A DNA stretch of 64,000 nt from Candidatus Omnitrophota bacterium (GTDB lineage Bacteria; Omnitrophota; Gorgyraeia; Zapsychrales; Fredricksoniimonadaceae), in assembly GCA_903908245.1 (NCBI GenBank), contig CAIVRE010000015.1, positions 5,468 to 69,467 on the forward strand, in the 5' to 3' direction. Below the pieces are notes generated by a model. That model saw only the letters and a program-made list of their open reading frames with translations, did not search any database and had not been told where the DNA came from. This document shows, piece after piece, positions 7,513 through 18,073 of this stretch; position 1 is the stretch's first letter, and the number at the start of each line of letters is the position of its first letter. The position numbers were made by a program, and so were the translations under genes.

Positions 7513-9612
7513 ATGGCAGCAAAGGTCAGCAAGAAGGTTGTCAGCGCGGTCGAGTCTTTGTATGGCGAGAATGTGTTCAGCATTAACGTCATGAAGAAGG
7601 TCCTTTCGAAGAAGGCGTTCGATTCCATCAGCAGGACGATGAATGAAGGCGGCGCGCTTGACCCGGCTATTGCGACGGAAGTCGCGGGTGCGATGAAGGA
7701 TTGGGCGGTTGCCAAGGGTGCCACGCATTTCTGCCACTGGTTCCAGCCGCTCACCGGCACCACGGCTGAAAAACACGATTCGTTCATTTCTCCTGACGGC
7801 CAGGGCGGTGTCAAGATGGAGTTTTCCGCCAAAGAGCTTATCCAGGGCGAGCCGGATGCTTCTTCGTTCCCGTCGGGCGGTTTGCGCGCCACGTTCGAGG
7901 CCCGCGGCTATACGGCGTGGGACCCCACCAGCCCCGCGTTTATTAAAGAAGGCGCCGAGGGCGCAACGTTGTGTATCCCGACCATCTTCTGCGGGTATCA
8001 TGGCGAAGCACTTGACAAAAAGGCCCCGTTGCTCCGTTCGATCGCGGCGTTGGCCAAGCAGATGGACCGTGCCGGCAAGCTGTTCGGTGTCAAGCCTGTT
8101 ACCAAGGCGTATGCCACGCTGGGACCCGAGCAGGAATATTTCCTGATCGATAAATCATTCTATGAGCAGCGACTGGACCTGGTGCAGACCGGCCGTACGC
8201 TGTTCGGCCGCAAGCCGGCCCGCCATCAGCAGATGGAAGATCATTATTTCGGCGCTATTCGTCCGCGGATCCTGGCGTTCATGGAAGAGCTCGACCAGAC
8301 GCTCTGGAAACTCGGGATGCCGTCCAAGACCCGTCATAACGAGGTTGCTCCGGCCCAGTTCGAGATCGCGCCCATTTACGAGCGTCTGAACCTGGCGGTC
8401 GATCATAACATGATGTGCATGGATGTGATGAAGCAGATCGCCGACAAGCATGGCCTGGTCTGCCTGCTGCACGAGAAGCCTTTTGCCGGTGTTAACGGCA
8501 GCGGCAAGCACAATAACTGGTCGGTGGTCGGTACGGACGGCAAGAACTGGCTTTATCCCGGTTCCAGTCCGCATGAGAATGCGAAGTTCCTGTTCACGCT
8601 TTGCGCGATCATCAAGGCGGTGGACGAGAACGCGGCATTGCTCCGCGCCACTGTCGCAACTCCCGGCAATGATCATCGCCTGGGTGCCAATGAAGCGCCA
8701 CCGGCGATCATTTCCGTATTCCTGGGTGACCAGCTGACGGATATCATCGACCAGCTTGAGAGCGGCGAGGCGAAGTCCGCCAAGAGCGGCGGCACCATTC
8801 AGATCGGCGTGGATGTTATTCCGACCCTTCCGAGGGATGCCACCGACCGCAATCGCACCTCTCCCTTTGCGTTCACGGGCAACAAGTTTGAGTTCCGTGC
8901 GCTGGGTTCCAACATGAGCCCGTCGGGTGCGAATGTGGCCCTGAACACCATCGTGGCTTCCGCCATTGATGATATGTGCACACAGCTTGAGGGCGATCTC
9001 AAGGCCAAGAAGGATTTCAACAAGTCCCTGCAGGCTGTTTTACAGGCGATCATCAAGAAGCACAAGCGTGTGCTTTTCAATGGCGACAATTATACCGAAG
9101 AATGGCATAAGGAAGCCGAGAAGCGCGGGTTGCCGAATTTTAAGACCACGCCCGAAGCCCTGAAGGTCCTGGAAGATGAAAAGACCGTCAAGTTGTTCGA
9201 GAAGTACGGGGTCCTTTCCAGAAAAGAGCTTTTGTCCCGTTATGAGATCTACATGCATAACTACAAGAGTGTCCTGGCTTACGAGGCGGAATGCGCCAAG
9301 ACGATCGCGTCCACCCAGATATTCCCGGCGGTGGTGGAGTACCAGGCGGTCCTGGCTGCCACGGTGAAAGCGGTTGACGAGGCCGGTTGCAAGGCCGCTG
9401 CCGCGAAAGTCGTTCTGGGTAAGGTGTCCAAGCTGGCCGATGAATTGTCCGCTGGTATTGAAGCGCTGGAAATCGCGATCGAACACCATTCGACCGACAA
9501 GATGAAGTCCGCGATGCTTCAGGCGCGTGCCGCGGTGGATGAGCTTGAAGCGCTGGTCCCGGCCGATCTGTGGCCGTTGCCGACGTATGCCGAAATGCTG
9601 TTCTTGTATTAA
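7513..9612 (+). CDS. glnA: Glutamine synthetase type III
   Basis: 699 aa; HWFQPLTG, EPDASSFPSGG, HEKPFAGVNGSGKHNNWS, DRNRTSPFAFTGNKFEFR; AGGAGG RBS. Confidence 0.97.
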   Translation: MAAKVSKKVVSAVESLYGENVFSINVMKKVLSKKAFDSISRTMNEGGALDPAIATEVAGAMKDWAVAKGATHFCHWFQPLTGTTAEKHDSFISPDGQGGVKMEFSAKELIQGEPDASSFPSGGLRATFEARGYTAWDPTSPAFIKEGAEGATLCIPTIFCGYHGEALDKKAPLLRSIAALAKQMDRAGKLFGVKPVTKAYATLGPEQEYFLIDKSFYEQRLDLVQTGRTLFGRKPARHQQMEDHYFGAIRPRILAFMEELDQTLWKLGMPSKTRHNEVAPAQFEIAPIYERLNLAVDHNMMCMDVMKQIADKHGLVCLLHEKPFAGVNGSGKHNNWSVVGTDGKNWLYPGSSPHENAKFLFTLCAIIKAVDENAALLRATVATPGNDHRLGANEAPPAIISVFLGDQLTDIIDQLESGEAKSAKSGGTIQIGVDVIPTLPRDATDRNRTSPFAFTGNKFEFRALGSNMSPSGANVALNTIVASAIDDMCTQLEGDLKAKKDFNKSLQAVLQAIIKKHKRVLFNGDNYTEEWHKEAEKRGLPNFKTTPEALKVLEDEKTVKLFEKYGVLSRKELLSRYEIYMHNYKSVLAYEAECAKTIASTQIFPAVVEYQAVLAATVKAVDEAGCKAAAAKVVLGKVSKLADELSAGIEALEIAIEHHSTDKMKSAMLQARAAVDELEALVPADLWPLPTYAEMLFLY

Positions 9613-9639
9613 GGGCGGCAGAATTAAAGGTTGAATTAT

Positions 9640-9680
9640 AAAGGGCTCAAGTGCTGCATGGTGCTTGAGCCCTTTGTGTT
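9640..9680 (+). terminator. Intrinsic terminator
   Basis: aaagggctcaag / cttgagcccttt 12-bp stem. Confidence 0.75.
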
Positions 9681-9723
9681 TCGGGCGGAACAATTTACTG
9701 TTTGTATTGAAAGGCGATATGCT

Positions 9724-10416
9724 ATGATTCTGTTCATTAAACATATTGAGATCGAAGGGCCCGAGACGCTGGGAAGTTTTTTTGTCGAACAAGGCTTTCC
9801 TTTGCAGATTGTCAATTTGCAGGACGGTGATATCCTTCCGGAGGACCTGCGCGGTATTGATGCGGTCATTGCTTTGGGCGGTCCGATGAACGTCTATGAG
9901 GAAGATCGATATCCGTTCTTGAAAGAGGAAGATATATTTTTAAAGAAAGTGTTGGCCGGGCAGGTGCCGTTCCTGGGGATCTGTCTTGGAGCCCAGTTAT
10001 TGGCCAAGGCTTCCGGCGGCCGGGTTGTCCGTTCTCTCAAGGAAGAGATCGGCTGGTTTGATATCGGCTTCACGCCCGGTGGTCGAAAGGATCCTTTGTT
10101 CGAGGGGATCCCGGAGCCCTGGGAGGTTTTTCAGTGGCACGGCGACATGGCCGAGCCTTTGGGCGGGGAAGTGATCCTGGCTTCCTCCGCGCGTTGTCCG
10201 GTACAGGCTTTTCGTGTCGGGACCAATGCGTATGGCCTGCAGTTCCATGCGGAGATCACCGACAAGAGCATCCGGGACTGGTCGGCGGATTTTTCCCGGG
10301 ACAAACAGCCGGAGCGGGAAGCGATGTTGGAACATTATGACAGGGTCAAAGACGGGTTTCTGCGTAACGGAGGCAGGTTGTGCGCAAACTTTTTAAAGGT
10401 GATGAGGGCGAAATGA
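9724..10416 (+). CDS. Class I glutamine amidotransferase (stand-alone)
   Basis: LGGPM, GICLGAQL, WHGD, QFHAE; ATG 9724 preferred over the TTG upstream of the terminator. Confidence 0.9.
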   Translation: MILFIKHIEIEGPETLGSFFVEQGFPLQIVNLQDGDILPEDLRGIDAVIALGGPMNVYEEDRYPFLKEEDIFLKKVLAGQVPFLGICLGAQLLAKASGGRVVRSLKEEIGWFDIGFTPGGRKDPLFEGIPEPWEVFQWHGDMAEPLGGEVILASSARCPVQAFRVGTNAYGLQFHAEITDKSIRDWSADFSRDKQPEREAMLEHYDRVKDGFLRNGGRLCANFLKVMRAK

Positions 10417-12029
10417 GCATCCGTATCGCGCTGGCGCAGATCAATACGACCGTTGGTGACCTGGAGGGCAATGCCGCCAGGGTGCTGGGATCCTGCCGCC
10501 GTGCCCGGGAGGCCGGGGCCGACCTGGCGGTTTTTCCCGAGCTTACAACCACAGGTTATCCGCCGGAAGACCTGCTGTTCAAGGATCATTTTATCGGCGG
10601 GAACCTGAAAAGCCTTGTGACCATTGCCCGTCAGGTGCGCGGGATCACGGCCGTGGTCGGTTTTGTGGACAGAGGGGCAAAGGGCGAGCTTTATAATGCG
10701 GCCGCGGTCATTGCCGACGGCGGGGTAAAAAGCGTTTATCATAAACAGGCCCTGCCGAATTACAGCGTTTTTGACGAGAAGCGGTATTTTTCGCCCGGAA
10801 AAAGAACCGGGCTTTTTTCGCTTAAAGGCCGCCGGTTTGCCGTTAATATCTGCGAAGACATCTGGGTGGATGGCGGTATCTTTAAAGCGCAGTCGGATGC
10901 GGGGGCCGGGATCATCCTGAATATTTCCAGTTCACCGTATGAATCCGGAAAACGGGCCGAGCGGCTGAAATTGATCGCGCGCCGCGCCAGGGAGACCGGC
11001 GCGGTGATCGTGTATGTGAACCTGGTGGGCGGCCAGGATGAACTGGTTTTTGACGGCGCCAGCCTGGTGGCGGATGAGCGGGGCCGTTTTATTGCGGCCG
11101 GCGCCCAATTTCGGGAAGACCTTGTTTTGGTCAATATTCCTGTCAATGCCGGGGTCGCATTGCCGAAGCCGCTGGAAGAGACGGCGGAAATGTATGAAGC
11201 GGTCCTGCTGGGGACGAGGGATTATATCCGCAAGAACGGGTTTAAAAAGGTCCTTATCGGCCTTTCCGGCGGGATCGATTCCGCCCTGGTGGCGGCGATC
11301 GCGGTGGATGCGGTCGGGAAAGAGAATGTGGTGTGTATCTCGATGCCGACGCGTTTTAACGCGAAGGCCACGCGCGATGACGCCAGGCGCCTGGCGAAAA
11401 ATCTTGGCGTGACATTCCATGAGATCCCCATTGAGCCGGTCGTCGGGGCGTTTTTAGGGACGCTTAAGGATTATTTCAGGGGAACTTCGTCCGGGCTGGC
11501 GGAAGAGAACCTTCAGGCACGTATCCGCGGGAACCTGTTGATGGCTTTTTCCAATAAATTCGGCTGGCTGCTTTTGACAACGGGGAACAAAAGCGAAATG
11601 GCGACCGGTTATTGCACGCTTTACGGGGACATGTCCGGCGGTTACGCGGTGATCAAGGATATTTTCAAGACCAAAGTATATGCGCTTTCGGAATATATCA
11701 ATGCCCGGGCCGGAAAAGCGGTGATCCCCCGCTCTATCATCACCCGTGCGCCGTCGGCAGAGCTGAAGGCCGGACAGAAAGACCAGGATTCCCTTCCGCC
11801 GTATCCGGTGCTGGATGACCTGCTCGGGCTGTATGTGGAGGGGCATTGCTCCCTGGATGTTATGGGCAAGGCCTGCGGCGATATGAAAATGGCCAAGAAA
11901 GTGGTTGAGCTGGTGGACAAAAGTGAGTATAAAAGACGACAGGCTCCGCCAGGGGTCAAGATCTCCAAACGGGCGTTTGGCAAGGACTGGCGTTTGCCGC
12001 TCACGAACAGATACAAGGCGGCGCGGTGA
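10413..12029 (+). CDS. nadE: Glutamine-dependent NAD+ synthetase
   Basis: CN-hydrolase domain (FPEL, FDEKRYF, ICED) plus SGGIDS, NLQARIRG, TGNKSE; ATGA overlap. Confidence 0.96.
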   Translation: MSIRIALAQINTTVGDLEGNAARVLGSCRRAREAGADLAVFPELTTTGYPPEDLLFKDHFIGGNLKSLVTIARQVRGITAVVGFVDRGAKGELYNAAAVIADGGVKSVYHKQALPNYSVFDEKRYFSPGKRTGLFSLKGRRFAVNICEDIWVDGGIFKAQSDAGAGIILNISSSPYESGKRAERLKLIARRARETGAVIVYVNLVGGQDELVFDGASLVADERGRFIAAGAQFREDLVLVNIPVNAGVALPKPLEETAEMYEAVLLGTRDYIRKNGFKKVLIGLSGGIDSALVAAIAVDAVGKENVVCISMPTRFNAKATRDDARRLAKNLGVTFHEIPIEPVVGAFLGTLKDYFRGTSSGLAEENLQARIRGNLLMAFSNKFGWLLLTTGNKSEMATGYCTLYGDMSGGYAVIKDIFKTKVYALSEYINARAGKAVIPRSIITRAPSAELKAGQKDQDSLPPYPVLDDLLGLYVEGHCSLDVMGKACGDMKMAKKVVELVDKSEYKRRQAPPGVKISKRAFGKDWRLPLTNRYKAAR

Positions 12030-12718
12030 AACTTTCAATTGTTGTTCCGGCGTATAATGAAGAGCTTACGGTCGTGCAGGTCATTCACGCGGCGAAAGCC
12101 GTTGAGCTGCCCGCGGGGATCGACCGGGAGATCGTTGTGGTGAATGACGGGTCTAACGACGGGACGGCCGGGGTCCTTGGCCGTTTTGACGGCGACCGGT
12201 TTGTCCGGGTGTTCCATCAGACCAACCAGGGAAAGGCCGCGGCGATCCGCCGGGGGCTGAAAGAGGTGACGGGCGACCTGGTCCTGATCCAGGATGCCGA
12301 CCTGGAATATCATCCGTCCCAGTATCCGCAGCTGCTGGCACCGGTCCTGAGCTTTCAGGCGGATGCGGTCTATGGTTCCCGTTTTAAGGGCAGGATCGAA
12401 GCGATGGAGCCGATCAACCGTTGGGCGAACATTGTTTCGAACATTACTTTCAATGTTCTGTTCGGCACCCGCTTGACCGATATCAATACATGTTTCAAGC
12501 TGTTCCGCACCGCAGACCTTCGTTCCATCACCATTGAATCGGAGCATTTTGCCCTGGAGACGGAAATTACGGCCAAGCTGAGGCGCAAGGGCATCCGTAT
12601 CGTGGAAGTCCCGATCAACTATCAGGCGCGTTCTATCGGCCAGGGCAAGAAGATCGACTGGCCAAAGGGGTTGTGGATGTACTGGGCTATTTTTCAGTAT
12701 CGGTTTTCCAAGGGATGA
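12026..12718 (+). CDS. GT2 glycosyltransferase (DPM1-like)
   Basis: VPAYNEE, NDGS.DGT, QDADLEY, YGSRF. Confidence 0.9.
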   Translation: MKLSIVVPAYNEELTVVQVIHAAKAVELPAGIDREIVVVNDGSNDGTAGVLGRFDGDRFVRVFHQTNQGKAAAIRRGLKEVTGDLVLIQDADLEYHPSQYPQLLAPVLSFQADAVYGSRFKGRIEAMEPINRWANIVSNITFNVLFGTRLTDINTCFKLFRTADLRSITIESEHFALETEITAKLRRKGIRIVEVPINYQARSIGQGKKIDWPKGLWMYWAIFQYRFSKG

Positions 12719-12724
12719 CGATCA

Positions 12725-13441
12725 ATGAGCGAGTTGTTTAAAGCCCTGGAAGTCGTTGGCGCGACAGGCCGTTATCAGCAGTGGATCATTGCTCATTTCA
12801 GGCCGTATTTGTCCGGTGTTGTTTTTGACATTGGCAGCGGGCGCGGGGATATGGCGGAATTGTACGATGTGCCGCAGGTTGAAAAGATCATTTGTTCGGA
12901 TCACTCCGCGGAAATGGTCGCCTTCCTGGAAAAGCGGTTCATCGGCCGAAAGCCCAGATACGAGGTCCTTCCCCTGGCAGATATTTCTTTTCCTGCGCGG
13001 GCAGCGGTCTTAAAGGAGCATTTACCCGATACGGTCATTGCGATTAACGTGTTGGAACATATTGAGGATGACCGCGCGGCGATCGGGAACATGGCGCGGA
13101 TCCTTATGCCGGGCGGACGGATGCTGATCATGGTGCCCGCGTTGCCCGCGATCCATGGTACGCTCGATGATATGGCGGGCCATATCAGGCGGTATACTAG
13201 GGAAGACCTTGTGACGAAAGTAACGGCGGCGGGGCTTGATGTCGACCGGGCTTATTATATGAATTTTTTCGGGATCGTCTCCTGGTTCTTGGCGGGCAGG
13301 GTTTTGCGTCAAACAAGGTTTGACACCGGGATGTGCGGGGCCTTGGACCGGGTTGTCCCGTTCCTGAGAGCGATCGAAGGTTGTTTCCATCCGCCGGTCG
13401 GGCAGTCGTTGATCCTGGTCGCGCACAAGCGAGGCCGTTAA
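12725..13441 (+). CDS. Class I SAM-dependent methyltransferase
   Basis: DIGSGRG, NVLEHIEDD, GH.RRY. Confidence 0.88.
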   Translation: MSELFKALEVVGATGRYQQWIIAHFRPYLSGVVFDIGSGRGDMAELYDVPQVEKIICSDHSAEMVAFLEKRFIGRKPRYEVLPLADISFPARAAVLKEHLPDTVIAINVLEHIEDDRAAIGNMARILMPGGRMLIMVPALPAIHGTLDDMAGHIRRYTREDLVTKVTAAGLDVDRAYYMNFFGIVSWFLAGRVLRQTRFDTGMCGALDRVVPFLRAIEGCFHPPVGQSLILVAHKRGR

Positions 13442-13528
13442 AAAATAGTTGCTTTTACATGCCCGTGGACTTAAAATACACGCCTTTATATAACAAAATA
13501 ATCTTATAAGCCTATCGGAGTTCTTCCA

Positions 13529-16189
13529 ATGAATGCTGGCGGTTATCCTTCCAAACAGGGGCTTTATGACCCTCAATTTGAACATGATGCGTGCGGTGTC
13601 GGCTTTGTGGCGGATATCAAAGGCCGCAAGTCCCATGAGATCGTCCGTCAGGGCATCAGTATCCTTGAGAACCTGGCGCATCGCGGCGCGTGCGGCTGCG
13701 ACCCTTTAACAGGGGACGGCGCGGGTATTTTACTGCAGATGCCGGACCAGTTCCTGCGCAAGGCCGCGAAAGCCGAAGGTTTCGTGCTTCCGGCGCCGGG
13801 GGATTATGCCTGCGGGATGGTCTTTCTTCCCGTTGAGCCTCAGTCGCGCAATATCATCGAGGAGTGGGTCGAGCAGATCATTCATGAGGAAGGCCAGCAG
13901 TTCCTGGGTTGGCGCGCCATCCCCCACGATGACAGGCATGTCGGCCGGGTCGCCCATTCGGTACAGCCGGAATTGAGGCAGATCTTTATCGGCCGCGGCG
14001 CGGATACGAAACCCGAGGAATTCGAGCGTAAATTATATGTCCTGCGCAAGCGTTGCTGGACGAAAGTCCACACGTCCACGGTGCATGACCGCAGTTATTT
14101 TTATATTTGCAGCCTGTCGTCAAAGACGATCGTTTATAAAGGCCAGTTCATGGCCGAACAGCTGGGGCCGTTCTTTTCCGACCTTTCCGACCCCGATATG
14201 ATCTCGGCGCTCGCGCTGGTCCATTCGCGTTACAGCACGAATACTTTTCCGACCTGGTCCTTGGCGCATCCTTACCGCCTGCTGGCGCATAACGGCGAGA
14301 TCAACACCCTGCGCGGCAACCTGAACTGGATGCGTGCGCGCGAAGCGCAAATGGCCAATCAGTTGTTCGGCAAGGACGTGAAGAAGATCTATCCGATCGT
14401 CGGCCCATTCGGGAGCGATTCGGCATCGTTCGATAACGCGCTGGAGCTCCTGGTCATGGCCGGACGTTCCTTGCCCCACGCGGTCCTGATGATGGTCCCT
14501 GAAGCCTGGGTGGGCGATGAGGCGATCAGCGCGGAAAAGCGCGCGTTCTATGAATATCATGCCCTGTTGATGGAGCCATGGGACGGCCCGGCGTGCATCG
14601 CGTTCACGGATGGCAGTTATATCGGGGCGGTCCTGGACCGCAACGGGCTTCGTCCGTCGAGATATACGGTCACCAAAGACGGCCTGGTCGTAATGGCGTC
14701 CGAGACGGGGGTCCTTCCGATCGCGCCGGAACGGGTGGCGAAGAAAGGCCGCTTACAGCCCGGGAAGATGTTCTTGATCGATACGGTCGGGGGCCGGATC
14801 ATCGATGACAAGGAGATCAAGGAGACATATGCCCGGCGCAAGCCTTACGGGCAGTGGCTCAAGGATAATATTGTCGATCTGAAGGATTTGCCGGAGCCCA
14901 GGAAGGTTTCGGGGCTGAATGAAAAAACACTCATGGAGCGCCAGCGTGCGTTCGGCTATACGCAGGAAGACCTCAAGATCGTCCTGAAAGCCATGGTCGA
15001 GAACGGGGAAGAGGCGACAGGATCCATGGGGGCGGATAACCCGGTCGCGGTGCTGTCCGGCCGTTCACAGCTCTTCTTCAATTATTTTAAACAGCTTTTT
15101 GCCCAGGTCACCAATCCGCCGGTTGATCCCATCCGTGAAGAGGTCGTGATGGCGGAAAATGTCTATCTTGGCTCCGAAGGCAATATCCTGGCGGAAACGC
15201 CCGATCATGCCCGCCGTTTGCGGCTGGCTCGGCCGATTCTGACCAACAGGGAGCTGGAACAGATCGCGCATGTGAACATGTCCGGATTGAAAAGCGCAAC
15301 GTTCCCGATCGTTTTCCGCAAGGCCGATGGCCCCGGCGGGCTGGCCAAGGCGATGGACGAGCTGTTCGTCCGCGTGGACAAGGCGATCGCGGAGGGCGTT
15401 AATATCCTGGTCCTTTCCGACCGCGAGATGGGCGCGAAGAGCGTGGCCATCCCGTCGTTGCTGGCGTGCGCGGGACTGCACCATCATTTGATCCGCAAGG
15501 GAACGCGCACCAAAGTGTCCCTTGTCCTTGAAACGGGCGAGGCGCGTGAAATGCACCATTTCGCGGTCCTGATCGGTTACGGCGCGAACGCGGTCAATCC
15601 GTACCTTGCGCTGGAAACGATCGAAAGCGAAGTGAACAAGGGGAATTTCAAAGGGCCTGATCTGGACTGGCATCACGCGGAGAAGAATTATATCAAGGCC
15701 ACGCGCAAGGGCTTGTTCAAGATCATTTCCAAGATGGGGATCTCGACCATCCAGTCGTATTGCGGCGCGCAGATCTTCGAGGCTGTCGGGCTTGGCAAGG
15801 AGCTGATCGAAAAGTATTTTACCGCCACGCCGTCGCGGATCGGCGGGATCGAGATCGGGACCGTTGCCGAGGAATCCCTGCTCCGTCACGCGCAGGGGTA
15901 TCCTGATGCCGGGCCGGAAGAGCACCTGCTCGATGAAGGCGGCTGGTACCACTGGCGCAAAGACGGGGAATACCATCAGATCAACCCCGAGGTCATTGCG
16001 ACGCTGCAGCAGGCGGTGCGTGCGAACGATTATCAGCTGTTCAAGAAATTCAGCAAGACCGTCAATGAGGCCGACCGGACCATTCCCAATATCCGCGGCC
16101 TGATGCAGTTCAAAAAAGGCGCGGCTATTCCCTTATCCGAGGTTGAACCGGCCTCCGAGATCGTGAAGCGTTTTGCGACCGGGCGATGA
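13529..16189 (+). CDS. gltB: Glutamate synthase large subunit, N-terminal part (amidotransferase and central domains), frameshifted
   Basis: [25 protein letters not shown]; ends KRFATG just before the conserved AMSYGSIS. Confidence 0.93.
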   Translation: MNAGGYPSKQGLYDPQFEHDACGVGFVADIKGRKSHEIVRQGISILENLAHRGACGCDPLTGDGAGILLQMPDQFLRKAAKAEGFVLPAPGDYACGMVFLPVEPQSRNIIEEWVEQIIHEEGQQFLGWRAIPHDDRHVGRVAHSVQPELRQIFIGRGADTKPEEFERKLYVLRKRCWTKVHTSTVHDRSYFYICSLSSKTIVYKGQFMAEQLGPFFSDLSDPDMISALALVHSRYSTNTFPTWSLAHPYRLLAHNGEINTLRGNLNWMRAREAQMANQLFGKDVKKIYPIVGPFGSDSASFDNALELLVMAGRSLPHAVLMMVPEAWVGDEAISAEKRAFYEYHALLMEPWDGPACIAFTDGSYIGAVLDRNGLRPSRYTVTKDGLVVMASETGVLPIAPERVAKKGRLQPGKMFLIDTVGGRIIDDKEIKETYARRKPYGQWLKDNIVDLKDLPEPRKVSGLNEKTLMERQRAFGYTQEDLKIVLKAMVENGEEATGSMGADNPVAVLSGRSQLFFNYFKQLFAQVTNPPVDPIREEVVMAENVYLGSEGNILAETPDHARRLRLARPILTNRELEQIAHVNMSGLKSATFPIVFRKADGPGGLAKAMDELFVRVDKAIAEGVNILVLSDREMGAKSVAIPSLLACAGLHHHLIRKGTRTKVSLVLETGEAREMHHFAVLIGYGANAVNPYLALETIESEVNKGNFKGPDLDWHHAEKNYIKATRKGLFKIISKMGISTIQSYCGAQIFEAVGLGKELIEKYFTATPSRIGGIEIGTVAEESLLRHAQGYPDAGPEEHLLDEGGWYHWRKDGEYHQINPEVIATLQQAVRANDYQLFKKFSKTVNEADRTIPNIRGLMQFKKGAAIPLSEVEPASEIVKRFATGR

Positions 16190-18060
16190 GCTACGGTTCC
16201 ATTTCCAAGGAAGCGCATGAGACGATGGCCATTGCCATGAACCGCCTGGGCGGTTTTTCCAACACCGGTGAAGGCGGGGAAGACCCCTTGCGGTTTAAAA
16301 AGGATGCTAACGGTGATGTCCGCCGCAGCCGCATCAAACAGGTGGCGCAGGGGCGGTTCGGTGTCAACATTGAATACCTGGTCAATTCTGACCAGATGCA
16401 GATCAAGATGGCGCAGGGGGCCAAGCCCGGCGAGGGCGGCCAGCTTCCCGGCCACAAGGTCACGCAGGAGATCGCAAAGACCCGCGGCACAACGGCAGGC
16501 GTCCAGCTGATCTCGCCGCCGCCGCATCATGATATTTATTCGATCGAGGACCTGGCCCAGCTGATCCATGACCTGAAGAACGCCAATCCGCAGGCGGATG
16601 TGAGCGTGAAGCTTGTGTCCGAGATCGGCGTGGGGACGGTCGCGGCCGGCGTGTCCAAGGGCAAGTCCGACCATGTTCTGATCTCGGGTTATGACGGCGG
16701 TACGGGGGCGTCCCCGCAGACGTCTATCAAGCATGCCGGCCTTCCGATGGAGCTCGGCCTTGCCGAGACCCAGCAGGTCCTGGTCATGAACGATCTGCGC
16801 GGGCGTATCCGCGTGCAGGCGGACGGCCAGCTCAAGACGGGGCGGGACGTGGTCATTACGGCGATGCTTGGCGCGGATGAGTTCGGGTTTTCCACTATTG
16901 TACTGGTTACGCTCGGGTGCGTCATGTTGCGCAAATGCCATCTGGATGCCTGTTCGGTCGGCATTGCGACCCAGGATCCGCAGCTGCGCGCGAATTTTGC
17001 CGGCAAGCCGGAGTATGTGGTGAGTTTCTTCACGTTCCTGGCCGAGGAGATCCGCGAGTTGATGGCTGAACTGGGTTTCCGGAAGTTCGAGGACATGGTC
17101 GGCCGCGTGGATATGCTGGAAGCCAAGGATGTCATCAGCCACTGGAAATTGAAGGGGATCGACCTTGCGAATATCCTGCATCGGGTGGATGTTCCCAAAG
17201 AGGTCCCTATTCATCATTGTTTGAAGCAGGAGCATGGCCTGGAGAAGGCGCTGGATAATGAGCTTATCGTAAAATGCCGGGACGCTGTCGAAAACAAAAC
17301 GCCGGTGCGCTTTTCGTCCGCGGTCAGGAATGTCAATCGTACTGTCGGGACGATGCTCAGCTCCACGATCGCCCGCCGTTACGGGATGGCCGGACTTCCG
17401 GAAGGGACCATTCACATCGATTTTACGGGTTCGGGCGGGCAGAGTTTCGGGGCGTTCCTTTCCAGGGGTGTCACCTTTGAACTGGAAGGCGATGCCAACG
17501 ATTATGTCGGCAAGGGGTTGTCCGGCGGCCGGATCATTGTGTATCCGTCGAAAAAGGCTTCGCTGGTGGCGGAAGACAACATCCTTATCGGCAATGTGGT
17601 CCTTTACGGGGCGATCGCCGGCGAGGCGTATTTTCGCGGGATCGCCGGCGAACGTTTTTGCGTGCGTAATTCGGGCGGGCACGCCGTTGTGGAGGGAGTG
17701 GGGGACCACGGTTGTGAATATATGACGGGCGGACGGGTCGCAGTCCTTGGAGGCACGGGGCGTAATTTTGCGGCGGGGATGTCCGGCGGCATTGCGTATG
17801 TCCTGGATGCGGACGGGACGTTCGCCAGCCGCTGCAATATGGGGATGGTGGACCTCTTTCCCGTTTTGGACGCTTCCGATGTTGCGGAGCTTAGGGGCAT
17901 GATCGAACGCCATCAAAAGCATACGCAAAGTGTTGTTGCCGGGAACATCCTTGAGCATTGGGATATAACGCTGCCGCGGTTCGTGAAGGTTTATCCTCGC
18001 GATTTCCGCAAGGCGGTAGAAAAAGCGCAACAGGCCGCAGTGCCGGCCGGCAAGGGATAA
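16186..18060 (+). CDS. gltB: Glutamate synthase large subunit, C-terminal part (FMN, 3Fe-4S and GXGXG domains)
   Basis: [46 protein letters not shown]. Confidence 0.93.
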   Translation: MSYGSISKEAHETMAIAMNRLGGFSNTGEGGEDPLRFKKDANGDVRRSRIKQVAQGRFGVNIEYLVNSDQMQIKMAQGAKPGEGGQLPGHKVTQEIAKTRGTTAGVQLISPPPHHDIYSIEDLAQLIHDLKNANPQADVSVKLVSEIGVGTVAAGVSKGKSDHVLISGYDGGTGASPQTSIKHAGLPMELGLAETQQVLVMNDLRGRIRVQADGQLKTGRDVVITAMLGADEFGFSTIVLVTLGCVMLRKCHLDACSVGIATQDPQLRANFAGKPEYVVSFFTFLAEEIRELMAELGFRKFEDMVGRVDMLEAKDVISHWKLKGIDLANILHRVDVPKEVPIHHCLKQEHGLEKALDNELIVKCRDAVENKTPVRFSSAVRNVNRTVGTMLSSTIARRYGMAGLPEGTIHIDFTGSGGQSFGAFLSRGVTFELEGDANDYVGKGLSGGRIIVYPSKKASLVAEDNILIGNVVLYGAIAGEAYFRGIAGERFCVRNSGGHAVVEGVGDHGCEYMTGGRVAVLGGTGRNFAAGMSGGIAYVLDADGTFASRCNMGMVDLFPVLDASDVAELRGMIERHQKHTQSVVAGNILEHWDITLPRFVKVYPRDFRKAVEKAQQAAVPAGKG

Positions 18061-18073
18061 AGGACCAAAGGCC

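Noticed and set aside
13442-13528. Second ANTAR target upstream of gltB
   Set aside because: No paired A1/G4 hexaloops or leader terminator found by eye.
16171-16189. Programmed ribosomal frameshift in gltB
   Set aside because: No slippery heptamer or obvious stimulatory structure; a single-base indel explains it.
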